Shown here: in pieces, positions 1-13,519 of the stretch
Position numbering within the stretch: position 1 is the first letter of the stretch
Layout of the letters: each line of letters starts with the position of its first letter
Source: Phoronis australis
Taxonomy: Eukaryota > Animalia > Phoronida
DNA: 64,000 nucleotides
Assembly (NCBI GenBank): GCA_002633005.1
Contig: NMRA01000478.1
Span: 159,014-223,013 of the forward strand
Direction: 5' to 3'
The notes under the pieces: generated by a model
The model's database searches: none
The model's input: only the letters and a program-made list of their open reading frames with translations
What the model was told of the DNA's origin: nothing
Translations under genes and position numbers: made by a program

Positions 1-1172
1 TGACAACTTTAGACATCAGTAACAACAATTTGGAATACGTGCCCGTCATGCTGTTCAGGGCGATCGGGAATCTCGAACACCTGTTTGCGTCAAGAAACAG
101 AATTGGATTACTGACGAATGCGCAGGATTTATCGGCAACTTTCAGCAGCCTTTCAAACATACGGACGATTGACCTTTCCTTAAATCAGCTAAGCTTCATT
201 CCCGAAGGCATGTTTTCGCTATGCCCTCACTTAGAACGTCTCTATGTGCAAAAAAACAGCATAAAGTCGGTGAATTTAAAATTCGGTATTCTACAGAGTC
301 TAAAGTTTCTGGACTTTAGCCACAATGAAATCAGCGGTTTTACAAAAGAACAGACAGTCGATCTTCAGCACAGCACCTTTGTCTTGCAAATAAACAACAA
401 CTCTGGCTTCGAATGTTCTTGCAATAACGTTCCTTTCATAGAATGGATTCAACTTGAGAGCTCGAATGATACTGTGTTAAACAAAGAAAACCTTATTTGT
501 CTTTACAAAGACGGCAGGGAGGAAGCTGTGATTTCCGTTGACTTAGGTGGACTTTACTTTGAGTGTATTAAGGAAAGTATAATTATCATAATATCTACGC
601 TCATATCAGTCGTTCTATGCACTGCTTTAGTAGCTTGGCGATTTCAATGGCACATCAGATATTGGGTGTACATTTTGCGAATGAAACGACGGCGTGATGG
701 TTTTCTGGATGTTTCGAAAAAATTTGACGTATTCATCTCGTATGCCGACGTGGATTATGATCTTGCACTTTCGGTTCTTCATAAACTGGAAGAAATGGGA
801 CTGCTTGCATTCTTTCGAGACAGAGATACTGATCTTGGAGTATGTATTCTGGACGAGTGCTTCCGAGGAATTGAATCCAGCAGGAAAAGTATTGTTTGTT
901 TAACAGAAAGTTATCTGAATTCTGACCAACGTTATTTCGAGTTGCGAATGAGTATGCTACGAGGTAAAGGATTTGTTATACCTGTAGTTGTTGGCGACAT
1001 AGCTTTGGAGAAACTGTCGAAACCTCTCCGACACTTACTCCGCGAGGATGTTTACTTTGAATGGCCCACGCTCGAATCAGAAGAAAAAGACTTCTGGAAG
1101 TCTATGCTTAAGGCCGTGTTGACACCGAAAGGAATATGCATTCGTAAGAATGGTTGGTATATTTTTTCATGA
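1..1172 (+). CDS. Toll-like receptor, 5'-partial (LRRs, LRRCT, TM, TIR)
   Basis: Frame is open from the window start (TTLDISNNNLEYVP). LRRs such as IRTIDLSLNQLSFIP and LKFLDFSHNEI; LRRCT FECSCNNVPFIEW...LIC; TM IIIIISTLISVVLCTALVAW; TIR box1 FDVFISY and box3 FWKSMLKA; stop TGA at 1170-1172. No introns in this part. Confidence 0.95.
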   Translation, partial: TTLDISNNNLEYVPVMLFRAIGNLEHLFASRNRIGLLTNAQDLSATFSSLSNIRTIDLSLNQLSFIPEGMFSLCPHLERLYVQKNSIKSVNLKFGILQSLKFLDFSHNEISGFTKEQTVDLQHSTFVLQINNNSGFECSCNNVPFIEWIQLESSNDTVLNKENLICLYKDGREEAVISVDLGGLYFECIKESIIIIISTLISVVLCTALVAWRFQWHIRYWVYILRMKRRRDGFLDVSKKFDVFISYADVDYDLALSVLHKLEEMGLLAFFRDRDTDLGVCILDECFRGIESSRKSIVCLTESYLNSDQRYFELRMSMLRGKGFVIPVVVGDIALEKLSKPLRHLLREDVYFEWPTLESEEKDFWKSMLKAVLTPKGICIRKNGWYIFS

Positions 1173-1852
1173 AGATAAATCATTCAACTTCTTAAGGATA
1201 AGACTGGCAGTTGAAATGCCCTTTTGTGCGCCTATATATTTGTATACATATATAACGCCCCTCTGGCGAAAATTCTCCAAAATCCACTCGGGCTCTAGAT
1301 AACGGGGGATAAAGACTTCGCCATGTAATAATCTATTTATGTCACATACTGAACAAGAAGCATTGCTATGAATCGATCTACCTTTCTCGACTCGCCTCGG
1401 CTTTGTAACTACTTTCTATGTCAGAGGCCCGAGGTCGGAGATCGTGACCTTTTAAGAAAAGCAGAGTCATTTTTGTCAAATAATGCTTTTACTCAAAACC
1501 AATTGAAAATTTAAACAAAATGGAAATAAAGTGAATCTGTAAATTAAGGTTAAGCAACTATTAAAGCTTACTACACATTTTATCATGCTAAGCTTCGACC
1601 GGGAAAATATCGTCTGCTAAAGTAGGTTACCACTAGTAACTGAGTATAATGCTCAAGTCAAAGAATCCCGACGACACGATACCAGCATTCAAATTTGGGA
1701 TCGGTGATTTGCAAGTTAGAGAACACGAGAGAAAAATTTCAATGACTTAAAATATCGTTTTTATGGAAATTATGCGTCTTATTTTTCATAGCGTATAAAT
1801 GTCGGTACAATGTCCTTTGCTGAACAAGCGATTGTTGCGCGTGCTCATTTAA

Positions 1853-2659
1853 AGGAGAATGCCACCCTATTTAATTGGTCTTTTTACCGTCTTAATCGTT
1901 CTATATCCACATCGCCTCTTATACGGTCGACCTCACCTTGACGAGAGGTGTCATGTTAACCTGTGAGAAAGGTGAGAAACGACACAGCGACGTCAGTGGT
2001 TCGTCTGCAGAGTTAATGCCGCTATATTGCGGTGCATCGGTTCCCGCTTGTTCGAACTATAAAGCTGCGAAGAAAGCAGGTATATCGTTTTTTCGACTTC
2101 CTCGAGATCCCGAAATGTTTAGGAAGTTGCTCGCGGTAGTGACGAATGAAAGGTATGCGGTAATAGCAAGTGTGAGGCCGGGAAACATCTCCTTGTCTGT
2201 GGCCGGCATTTCATCGACAGTGATTTCTCTGACGAATTCCGGCTTAACAAAGAACAATCCATACGTTCCATTGCCTATGCATGTTCACGACGCCTCTCTA
2301 GTATTTCTTGATCAGTGTATTCCGGTTCGAACTGATAGCCTGTGAAACCTAACGATCGATCCGTGAAGTCTTCGTCGGATGAGCTCATGACTAAGTCGGG
2401 ATTAGCGCCGGACGAGTTGCCATGTAGACGTTTATTATTCTGCGTTCTGTTTCAAAATGCATTATTCTCATCCTACAATGACCCTAACCAATGCTTATAT
2501 GAAACTGAAACAAAGTCTGTCTCATTAGATACAATTTGTAATGCCTTGGAGTGCTCGTGAGCGCAAATGTTTTGAGAAGCCAGCAATATGAATAAACCAC
2601 TGCGTCACCGGCTTTTAATGCCGGCAACCAAGGTAATTGACCGGGCACCGAGGCCGTGT
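1853..2659 (+). mobile_element. Non-autonomous Kolobok-like element, family B, copy 1 (right end missing)
   Basis: Starts TTAA|AGGAGAATGCCACCC. Aligns by eye with 23832-24610 and 61590-62240. Carries a decayed THAP (VPACSNYKAAKKAGISFFRLPRDPEMFRKL) on + and a KolX-like YQFEPEY remnant on -. Confidence 0.8.
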
Positions 2660-4759
2660 ACAAATTCGAGCATTGTGACTCTTCATGGTGGCAACTTGCT
2701 TTTTAGCGGTTTCTCCTCAACCTATGGATCTTTGTGAACTTGAGGAAGTGTATTTTTATATCGTGACAAGGGAAGACGTAGCTGACTACCGATCGGAACC
2801 AATTTTCTTTTTTATGTTTTCTTCTGTTTCTATAGAGTTCCTAAATGGATTTTCATGAAATTTGGAGCATACCGTATGTCTTGATTAAGAGGTGATAACA
2901 CCTTATCCTTATCGTACGCCACCTACAGGCAACTTATATTGTTTTTGGCGTCAGACTCTTTCAGCCAAAACACACAAGGATCATTATAAGAATTGGCACA
3001 TGTCTTTATTCCAGGAAGTGCATGGCTGACGATGATTTTAGGACAGGTCTGACTGCCGTGTTGCCCGCTAGTAAAATTTTCGTTTTTTTTCCCTGTGATT
3101 CTATATCCACCAAGTTCCTTGATGGATCTTCATGAAATTTTTAACGTGCTGTTGTTGAGAAGAGAACAGCTGGAGGGGATTTTGGGTCAAATCCAACTAG
3201 TGCAGAGAACCCAGTGTCAATTTTGTTTTCCTTCGCGTAAGAGTTCTTTGTAAGATTCAGACCTTTGGTTTGAATTACCTCGTAGGTGTCAAAAGGTCGC
3301 CAGTGGTTCGTATAATGACATGTGACTTAGCGTCATACTTCTTCCAGGTGCCGTTATATATTATGCCGACTGAACGTAATCAGTGCCGATGGTATGTCTC
3401 TGCTTTGAGATGTGTCAACAACAAGCATCTGATGCAGGACCGCGAATGTGACGTCTCTGGCTCTTCACACGAGGTGTTGAGAGTGAAGTTGTCACCCTGC
3501 TACAGTTGTCGCTCAAAGGGTAGCACCCTGCCAATTTGTCACAGGAAGCTGAATCGGAGAACTTCAACCAGACATCTGTTGCATAGTATAAAACCTTTAC
3601 GGGAGAAGTCTATCTGACTGGTATTTTTTTATCTAAGGGAAATAACTATTCAAAGTATGATTTGGAAACTGCTCTATCTCTTTAAGATAATTTCCAACCT
3701 TAGTGACGTCCTTTGGCGTTTAATCAGATTCCGTTTCAACTGTTCACTGATAGCCACGTTCGTTTATAAAATTCTTGGTGTCGTTATTGTGAAAAGCAAC
3801 TTCTTGTGGCCATGAATTATTCAAAACATAAACCCTGGTCAAGTTTGTATGAACTGCCTGTACTGTGTGTCTTTGAGGTAGCAATAAAAGTAATGATTAA
3901 ATTTTATACATTGTTTTTGTAAAAGAATTCCACGAAGGTCAGCAGTTACCTTAAATACGTGATTTCATAAATCAAGGTTTGCTTTTATACGAAGGTACCG
4001 TGAGTTCCAATTGTTTTGATCTCAGGAGCACCAGCTTCATACGGCATGTACATCAGTAACGAGATCGAGATTCAGTTAGGCATTCACTTTTTTCTGGGAA
4101 CGAGTTGATATCTTTTTGTTTTATTTTTAAACTTGAAGTACCAAAACAGTGGTAGATTTTGATCGCCAGTGAAACTTACTTAGATTAGTTAACTGTGAAT
4201 ACTTATGGCGAAGGCGAAGACATCTCACGAAAAAAACGGTTAAACAAATAGTGTAACATAACACTATTATGACTATGAAGGAAACATCAGGCTTTAGGAA
4301 CTAGGCCCTATATAAGCTAGACAAGCTATTGTCAGTGATTTGAATAGGCCTTTGCCCCGTCTCCAGCTACGCAAATAAAACATGGTAATTATGTCTGAGT
4401 AGTTAGCAGTGTTGTAGTGGTAATATTAAAGGTAAGTAGGCGGCCAAAGCCCACCCTATCATCTTGAGCACTGAATGTAACTGGCGGTGCCTAGGCGCTA
4501 CGTTCAAATGCCAAAAGGTGGTTGGCTGCGCCTACGTGCGCCTACGCTCACAACAGCACTGCCAGTTAGTGGAGCTATTCATAACACACCGGTTAAAATT
4601 ATATGCCTGATGTGCGTGCATCGTACTGTATGTGCTTCAAGCTCGCGGCTAATAAACATTACTGCAGAAACGAAATACTTGTCCGATTCAGGCAACTGGC
4701 AACCATGGCTAAGTAATGCCTCTCCCGGTCGATGCGTGCATGTGTTCCATGCTACCGGC

Positions 4760-5230
4760 AGTGACGCTACGCACTCAGTACCACTGCCATTCTGTCGTGT
4801 GCTCCACTGTGCAATGAAGAAAACTGAAGCTGAGTGACTATGAAGAAACAAGCTGCTGGCAAAATGTAAATTTTTATCGAAGCTTCAGTAAATCACTGAG
4901 AAACTCATAATTTTCTGTTCCCCACTCAATAAAAGCTAAGATTATTTGCAAAACAGGCGCTTGGTTAATGCCAACAAGAAAAATGGAATTCATGGTCTCT
5001 TGGGCAACCGTTCAACAGCTATTAATACCAAGTGATTGCACAAAATACAAAACGTGCAATAAAAATTACAGAAAGGAGCAGGTTCGTGTGCGAAAGTTAT
5101 GAACTATAAACAAGTATGTTTTTAGTCATACGGTTAAGTTAGAAGCGTAGCAGTGCAATGGAAGAGTGTGCGCTCTTTGATCAAGAGGTCGTGAGTTCGT
5201 ATCTATCTAAGTTAGAATTTTCCATTTTTA
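4760..5230 (+). repeat. Unclassified dispersed repeat ending in a tRNA-like segment, copy 1
   Basis: Shares gctccactgtgcaatgaagaaaa...aagctgctgg...aatcactgagaaactc...tataaacaagta with 38820-39330. tRNA-like segment at ~5143-5210 with B-box-like GTTCGTATC. Confidence 0.7.
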
Positions 5231-5302
5231 AATCATAATGGCGATACCGCAGTTAAACTTTTAACCTTACTCCTGCTAACCACTCCGGTTTCAACATTCC
5301 AG

Positions 5303-7959
5303 GAAGGAGTGTAGTAGAATAGGAGAGTTCACTTGTGAATTCGCTGTTACCGCTAATATAGCGCCATCAAGTGGTGACTAAGCAACTGTCCACCAGGAAG
5401 CGCCTGAAAACAATGGGGAAGGACGCATTTTGCAGTGCGATAAATTGCATGAATTCATCCACGAAAACCCCAGACGTGTCATTTTTAGGTTTCCTAAGGA
5501 TACAGAAAGGTAAGGATCATCTATTATTTAATGATATGATATATTGGCTTTCATTTTGTGTGTTCTGCTCACGGTTGTTAGACAAGTCGATCACAGTCCC
5601 GTTGCCACTGTTGTCTGCAGTGCAGGCTACTAGGCCTACTGTACAGCCGGGCTGCCGGCGGAAGGACTATGATGAACGTACGATGTGATCGTCAGCTTTT
5701 TGGATACTTACAGTCCATGAATTCCAAATCAAAATGTCACCCGTGCGATGGCAAGGATAATTTTAGAAAAACATACCCATGGCGATGGCCATGGGTAATA
5801 TGACTGGTGACACGGCCATGGCACAATCAAAGCCACAGGGCCACAAGTCTGTCATGAGTCAAGTTAGAGAATCTGTGGGTCTCTGTGAAATGGTGAAAAA
5901 ATCAAAATAATTTTAATGTGCCAGTTGGACCAATTAAGTTAAGCAGCGCGTCATTGAAAAAATAATTCTATGTGTCAATCCGGATGCGGGGGCGCGGTGC
6001 TGTTAAAATATCCGTGGATCGACATTTGAGTCCGAGTTTTTTCAGTTGACACCAAAACGCTTTTGTCTCTATCACAATCACAGCACGACAGGAATTCTGT
6101 AGTGTAGTGCACTGTAGTGTAGGCTAACGGTCTTCTGTGAACCTAGCGAGTATGAGGTTTGTTCCTGAGTCTCTCCGGCAGTCATTGATTTCCGTTCAGG
6201 TGCAAGCGCTGGGAGCTGACCTTATGAATAGAGATGCAGCCTATTTGTCCAAGAACTGCATGTTATACTCTCATCACTTCAAGGAGTCCATGTTCATGAA
6301 TGAAGAACAAGCTGGTTTTGACTGCAGTGCCCGAACAATATTTGATGTCCCGATTCCACCAAAAATGAGAATGATTATCGTCTCACATTTAGCAAGTAGG
6401 CCTATTGGAACATTACGTGTAGAAAGGACAATAAGTCAAAATCAGTCTGGTTTTCGTATTTTACTAAGGTTGATCAGATTGAAACATTTTATGAATGGTT
6501 AGCCTGTGATTTGGAGAGAGCCAAAGTGGAACTGATGAATCATTCAGAGTCTGGATGGTGGGCTGAAATTTTGTTAAACCCAAGCTATCTGTATCATTTT
6601 GCTTCTCAATGGCAAACAGCTCTGTGAGTAAATTAGTTTTCAGCTTTATCTATAACGCATTTCTTTGGCGAAAAGTGCTGTTGTTTAGTAGTGAATTAAT
6701 AGAGAGTGACAAGGTTGGTCAGATTTTTCTTGTTGTATTGGTTGGTATATATGTTGCCTATTTTGTACGTTTTTGGAGATTGTGATTAAGTTAAGCCCCA
6801 GTTGTGGCTAGGAATCAGATATGATCTTGTGGTCTGACTTTAATTTACATGAAATATTTACTGTTATTGATAATAGGAACAGTGGGTATATAAAATTAAA
6901 GTTTGGTTTTATCATCCAAGTCTTTTTAATTCAGTTTTGTATGAAGCTATGTGGGTAGTGAATATTTTGATTGCTGTTCAGTACCTCTTAATTTTTTGTC
7001 ATGACATTTTGAACTTTGAACTTTGACTAGTTATGATTGATGATATACTCAATGTTACTCCGTTTTTTAAGTTGTGAGCTATTCTATAGATTAGAAACTG
7101 ACTTTTAACTTTTGGTGAGTGGGATTGAGTTTACCCTATACTGGCATGTCTAAGAAATAATGGAATGTTCTAAAATTGTATTACGATTTTGTGGTAGTGA
7201 CGAATTGCCCTGCTTTCTTCTTCTCACTTGTGTAACACCCACTGCACAAAATAATTGTCTGCATTGCTAGTAGCCTGGTGCATTGAATGAAGAACACATG
7301 CGAAATTGTTGGGTGGAGATGAAACCAGCAGTGAGCTGGGAGCAACATATTTGTCAATAGTCAGGGAAGTAACCAAAATGTGTGACGATGGGAGGGGCTC
7401 AACACCTATGTGGCATACATACCCATTGGTTTTACCTGTTTAGCACTCCTCCCATGTAACTCCTCTGGGAGGGGGTCAACACCCATTTGATTCCCACCTG
7501 GTTTTTGCCTGGTACCCCCTTAGCTGGCACCTGGGAGGAATTCCCCTCTGAACCCCCAGGAGCAATCATTCAAATTATGTAGTCCATGGAGATATGAACT
7601 GTAATAAGGAACAATAATTGCCTTGTTAAGAACTCAAGCATGAAACAAACCACGATGGATTTTGAAGGGAGCTTCAAGAGAGTAAAAAACAAATACTTGA
7701 TTAAAATACATATTTTCCTTCTCATTCGATTGTAAGTGGATGTTAGTTTACGTATTCCAACCATTTTCAATCACACAGTAATTTTATTGCACGTTGAATG
7801 TCATTAAAGTATGAATTTATGAGTGTTTACATTGTTCGGACTGCGCTCCTAACTTAGTGTTGATTATCCACCTCTTGGAGCGCTAGTGTTTCGGCCGGCA
7901 ACCATTGCGGCGAATGGTAAAATGGCGGAATGAACTCTCCTGTACTAGTACACTCCTTG
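5303..7959 (+). mobile_element. Non-autonomous P-superfamily DNA transposon
   Basis: ~29-bp imperfect TIRs (G/C)AAGGAGTGTA..AG.A.AGGAGAGTTCA. 7-bp TSD ATTCCAG at 5296-5302 and 7960-7966. Right end ...TG. Contains an intron-split THAP. Confidence 0.85.
5413..6362 (+). pseudogene. Two-exon THAP zinc-finger remnant (THAP12/PRKRIR-like THAP) of the P element
   Basis: Exon 1 5413-5509 MGKDAFCSAINCMN...VSF, donor AG|GTAAGG. Exon 2 from 6200 after ttccgttcAG: CKRW...ADLMNRDAAYLSKNCMLYSHHF...TIFDVP. Frameshifted; the third Cys appears as Tyr. Confidence 0.75.
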
Positions 7960-7989
7960 ATTCCAGTCTGTCTGGCTCATACCTGGCGT

Positions 7990-8131
7990 GCGTTCAGTAG
8001 ACTCTAGGCCCTACGCTAGGACCTAGCTAAAACCTAGTCAAAGTCACGTGCTCTCATTTAAAATGCATGGCAATATCTCACGTAATCTCACGAAGTCTTC
8101 CTTTTTAGCGAGGTCCTAGCGTTACTGAACG
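7990..8131. mobile_element. ~140-bp palindromic MITE (other copies ~11558-11640 partial and ~22925-23040)
   Basis: Inverted arms gttcagta(a)cgctaggacct.gctaaaa / ttttagcgaggtcctagcgttactgaac. Core tctcatttaaaatgca is shared by all three copies. Confidence 0.7.
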
Positions 8132-10549
8132 GGAGGCGGGTGTCTCAGGCTGAACAGCATTCACCTAAGTAGGTCAAACTCAATTAAAAATAACGGCCAA
8201 TCAGAAAATTTAAAAGGGCCTAGTTAGGCTGGGTTGCTTCAGACATTCCATATTGAGCATGGGATTTTCCAGTCTTTCTGCACACCGGTAACTTATCTTG
8301 ATTTACCTGTTGTTCTGAGGCCTCTTGTTTGAAATGGACACTTGATAATGAATTCAGAACACTTCTACCCATGTTTTAGTTGACTTATGGTCATATGTGT
8401 TGATTATTTGTGTTTATTTGCATGATATCAGAATGTTGAAAGCTGTTGTATTTTACACCATTACCAGTGTTCCATTGGTCATCAGCAGCATATATCATAA
8501 TTATTTTCCTGATTGTTATGATAGAGATGAAGCTGATTTTATGAGCTTCACAATGATGTACATTCTGGCCAAATGGACTGGGGGATGAGAAAATAGATGT
8601 AGCACTTTCATCGCTAATAGCGTTGCTTGGGTGAGATTGTCAAAATTTACCAAAATTTCTAATCTTGCGTTTTCATCAAATCGAATATTAATATCATATG
8701 AGTTTTAATTCATCGATGCAGTAGAATAATTTCGTTACTTTGAACACTCGGTTATTTCTCTAATTGTTTGAGTTACGGGCAGCGGCAAGTTAAACATCCG
8801 CTGATTTTGTCAGACTACTTTCTCCAAGCAACCCGCAACGGCGCGCATTCCTAGCACAGAAGCACGGTTTATCTCGAAAAAAATTCTGCTCTGACAGCAT
8901 GTAGTTGTCCATGCCTCGCGCGCGCGTGCGTGCATTCTCATCGCATCCTGGAACACCGCCCACGTCGCCGCTCAGTGTCCTCTCGCAAGACATCACACCT
9001 TTCCGACTTCTCTACACTCTGCCACAGTGCTACGAAAGGTAGCACTGTGGAATGTTGTCTAATAACATGGCTTCTCATTGGTGAAAGTAGTGAATCCGAC
9101 GTCATAACATTCATTCGTTCCAATTGGTTGAAATCTAGGAAACCTTTTCAGTTTACTGTTACGTAGTATGGCGACCATCTTTCACTTGAACACAGTTGTA
9201 ATTTATTAAAACGGACAGTGATCGAAGTAAACAAAATGAAGGAAACGCCAATCCAGTGGCTTAAGCCCAAACACGTTCAGTTCATAGGAGGCGTGTGCAA
9301 GTGGTGTTAACTGCACTAGTTTAAACAGCGTCCACATAACGCTCAAACCTAGCGACAACTCTTTTCAGAAGTAACTTGTTCTATGGTAAATCTGTGTGCA
9401 GACGGCACTTTAAAATCCACGTGTGATAAGCTTGCTTTGGGAGGTAGAATTTGTGAGACGCTGAAGTTTCAAAATACGTGACTGTGTTTTTGTTAGAGAC
9501 ATAAGTGGCCTGTCAAGGAGGAAGAGTTTCTCATGACATTTATGCTACAGGGGACAAATTTTGTAAAATAAAAGACTAGATGTTTTTGACAAAAACAGTA
9601 AATATATTACTAACAGCAATTTAAGTATATTTCCAACCTTATTCACAAAAATTGGCCATTTTTACAAAATTTCACTTGTGTCTAGCAAAATACCTTATCT
9701 TCATTCTCGGGGAACTTCAAATACGAAATATATACTGCGTAGCGAGAAGAAAAAAGATTTCGGAGAACCACCTTGGAACCGCACAACCGCGTGGATATTT
9801 GTTTAGCACTTATCCAAGGTCAAAGGTTAAAGGACTTTCAAGTAAATCGAGTCTCCCGTCAGGTACAGAACAGCTTCGGTATACCCTCAGTCCTTTCATT
9901 CACAAATTCGCCATAACATTGAACCAACGAGGTGTGGTTATATGATAGAATGGTCCCGGGGAAAACGAATACAAAACGTAGTTTTTATCCTAAGGGAGTT
10001 GTGGGTCTACATGCATACGACCGTTGACGTTGAAAACAAATGCTACGAGTTGCCTCAGGCCTCAGTCTGATGAACACAGAAAGTTGTGAAAAGAGATAAA
10101 TCCTCCCCATTATTCTTTAATTCAATTATAAAGTTAACATTTCGATGTTTCGATTTCATGTTAACGACTTACTTTAACCACCAATTCAATTTTTGTTATC
10201 CATTTCTTAATTGGTTTGGTATCAGTCTCCCAGCACGTGACGTGTACAGGCTATGAACTGTGACCTACTTTTCTAAGTAGGTCGTACAAAACGGCAAAAG
10301 TTGGCTGCGAAAGATAGGTCTATTTGAGGTTTTAATCATATTTAAGTTAGTTACGCACTGCAAAATTAGTTGACATTGTAAGAAAACATTGAAATAGGTG
10401 ACATAGTTAAGGATTCTATAGGTTATGTATACCGAAAACAAGTTTTCACAGAATAATTAACCAAAGACAGAGATTTTCACGTGTCCCAGATTAATCGGCT
10501 TTTTCTCGGCTTCGGCGAATCGACTTTATTTGAACTTAGGAACACGAGT

Positions 10550-10856
10550 TCTCAAAAATGGCTCGATGGATTTCGCTGAAACTTCCCAAACTTAATATTT
10601 AGTCACCAATCTCAAAAACGCTGTTAGGATTTTTGATATAAAAGCTTAGTTTTTGTGTAATGTGACAAAGACGAATACGACTTCAATTTTTTACAAAAAT
10701 ACCTTACGTTTTTCGAGTTGATTTGTCATAGAAACCAAACGAACAAACTAATCGAAAATTCCTAACAGCATTTTTGAGGTAATTGATGAAGTTTTCATTT
10801 AATAAAGGTTTCGTTAAAATCGACCGAGGGGTTATTTTGCTATGAATGTACCTTTC
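10550..10856. mobile_element. MITE-like remnant with internal inverted repeat, ending at TTAA
   Basis: ctcaaaaacgctgttaggatttt (~10612) is inverted to aaaattcctaacagcatttttgag (~10755). Ends gtacctttc|TTAA. Confidence 0.45.
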
Positions 10857-12224
10857 TTAAAAATAATTTTTTTACTTAAAAAAGCTTTTTACGTAAAAAT
10901 GATAATGACAAATAAATAAAAAAGTATATTTATATTTACTGGTCTTTGTTCTTTCAGAAAATATTTACTTTTACTGGTTGACAAAGCTTAGTTTTTTTGA
11001 TATAAGTGTTAGAATGGAGGCCACTAAATAAGGTTGGACATAACCTTAAAAATGTACAATGAAGACATAGTTCAGTCATAAACAAACAAAAATATAAACT
11101 ATGAAGCAGGTTTTGGTCAAATCTATCTGAATCGCATAATAGAGTAAACATCTGCTCACCAAAAGAAACAAAATACAAGTACATGTGTACAATAATACAA
11201 GAACATGAGGCCAGGAATATTTACACACCATCAGCAGGTATGTAACTACTGCCTTCGAATAAATATTAAAGACAATTTTCCGTTAAACAGGGGATAGTAC
11301 AAAATTGACAATAAATTTAAAGTAATTTACCATATCCACGTTTGTGTGCCAGTCAAAGTATCCAAATTTAATTAGCACCTGAGGACCCCCATGGAAAGAA
11401 GTGTGAACTGATGGGGCTACCCTCATTGTAAATATTACGTTAATAAAATAATAAATACATAAATTTAAAGTGTGCTTATAGCAGCTACATGTAAACATTA
11501 GGGTAGTTGTCGTACCACGCAGTCATACCTCGGTAATGACAATGACATTTAAGTAGAGTTCAGTAACGCTAGGACCTACGCTAGTACCTCGCTAAAATCT
11601 AGTCAAAGTCACATGTTCTCATTTAAAATGCACTTATAATTCCTTGATCTTAATCGCAAACATGTCCCACAATTGAGCAAATTAACCAAACACTTCAGAT
11701 CAAATTGTCGTAAAATGTACCTCCAAAATTTAAAAGGTTGTGTCTGTCAGATATTGACTGTGGGTTTGTTTAAAAGGTAGCATGCTTTGATATTGTGCGT
11801 AGATGGAGAGTGAATAATCAAATCCAGTAATTAATTTATTATATGATAACCTCTAATTAGACAAGTGGAACCTGTTGTTAATTAAGTAATCAACTACAAA
11901 GAAAAGTAGCTACACTAGCGCCCTCTTTAAAGATAACTTTAATCAATCAACCCAAATAATCAAATGTCTTATCTGCTATCCAAGCTAGGACTCTCCACTT
12001 GTTAGATGTCTGTCGTGTTGGTGAATCGTCGAACTACACACACACTGTATAGCGACAGTGTACTTGCTGTTCACCGTCTCTGGTGATGCAACACTTGCAG
12101 GCAATTTCTTCTACCCGCGATTCCTCTTGCTGGTAACAGTCTCTGGCTGATGACGCAACACTTCAGGTACTACCTTACTACCCACAATGCAAGTGACAAG
12201 CTCCTAGTTAACTTCCTGTTCGTT

Positions 12225-12520
12225 AAGGTGGTACTGAATCGTTAGGCTGCGGCCGCGGCCAATGTGCACTGCCAAAATATTGAAATTTTGGGGTAGGCCA
12301 AGTTTGGGGGCATTTTGTAGGTGGGCATTGCAGGTAGGTTCAGTGAATGTGGTTTGTTTGTATTTGTGAACATGCTGTGAATACAAAAGGCCACTTTCTT
12401 GGCTGTAGCTGCACTCTTCTTCAAGATGGCGGCCCCCGGCTGCAATTGTGCATTGTTGGGTAGCGACTGAAAAATTGACTGTGATTTTAGGTAGCCCTCA
12501 AACAAGCAAGAATTGCCAAA
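12225..12520 (-). repeat. Dispersed repeat, inverted copy of ~55950-56210
   Basis: The reverse complement matches ttgtttgagggctacct...aatgcacaattgca...gccaccatcttgaagaag...aaacttggcctaccccaaaa at ~55955-56200. Confidence 0.85.
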
Positions 12521-13519
12521 AAGTAGTTGGATGACAGTACTTTTGAACCACATTTTCGGAATGGGTAGGAAATTTGCTTTCAGACTCTAATGTTGGCTTT
12601 AGTTGTGCATCGGCAGGGAAGTGGTGTTTTTGGGGTGAAAAGTGCCGATTTTGCATTTTTTGCCCTTATTTTTCTTAGTCTGGCTTGGTTCTTAGTGGGA
12701 ATGAAATGGTCAAAAATGCAAGAGAAAATAAAGTTTCTGTGCTCATCTGCAGGGCTTTTTATGTGAAATAATTGAAAACATGTCATTCTTTGCATCCTGT
12801 TTTTGACAGAGTGAAGAAAAGGTGACAAATCAAGTGATGTGTGTTTTGCTGAGCAAAACCCAGTGAGAACTGTTTTGTGCCTCCTAACCCTTGCCCTACC
12901 CTCTGACACAGCGCCAACTATACTGCAAAGTGGCCCTGTGGAAACATGATGAACGACACACGGAATTCCGTGTGTGGGCATCAATGCGCTTGCCTTAGTT
13001 TTACTTCCGATGTAAACAAATTTGTTCACTGTGTGCGTGAAAAGGTAATTGTTATATTGCTTTGTGTTCTGTTGCACTGGAATTATAATCATTTTGATGG
13101 AGTGCATTTGGACTCATCCTGAATCTAATTACTAATTTTAGACGTTTTATGTTCGCGTTAGTTGTTTTATGCTCGAAAGTGAACTTTCTAAGTCGTCATA
13201 GTTGGGTCTGCGACCGGCGCCAAGCCGGCTAGTAAGCCTGACTAAGTCCAAGCGCGAGCGTGTTCGGTAGCTCTATGTTTAAAAAATACCATGGTAAGCA
13301 CCTGTGGTGCCAAGCGGTTTAGCCTTGCCTTTTTATTGTCTTCTGTCTTTACAGCCTTCATTACAACTTCGCCAGAGTGTTTTTAGGTTTTTGATGTGAG
13401 GAATTGTTACTTTGTCTAATATCAGATCAGATGGTGTTTTTGTGAGCCAGAGGCTGAAGACTGTGCTTGTGTTTGATAAGTTGTTAGGATACAGTTCAAA
13501 CTTTTCAGGTGATCAAGGC

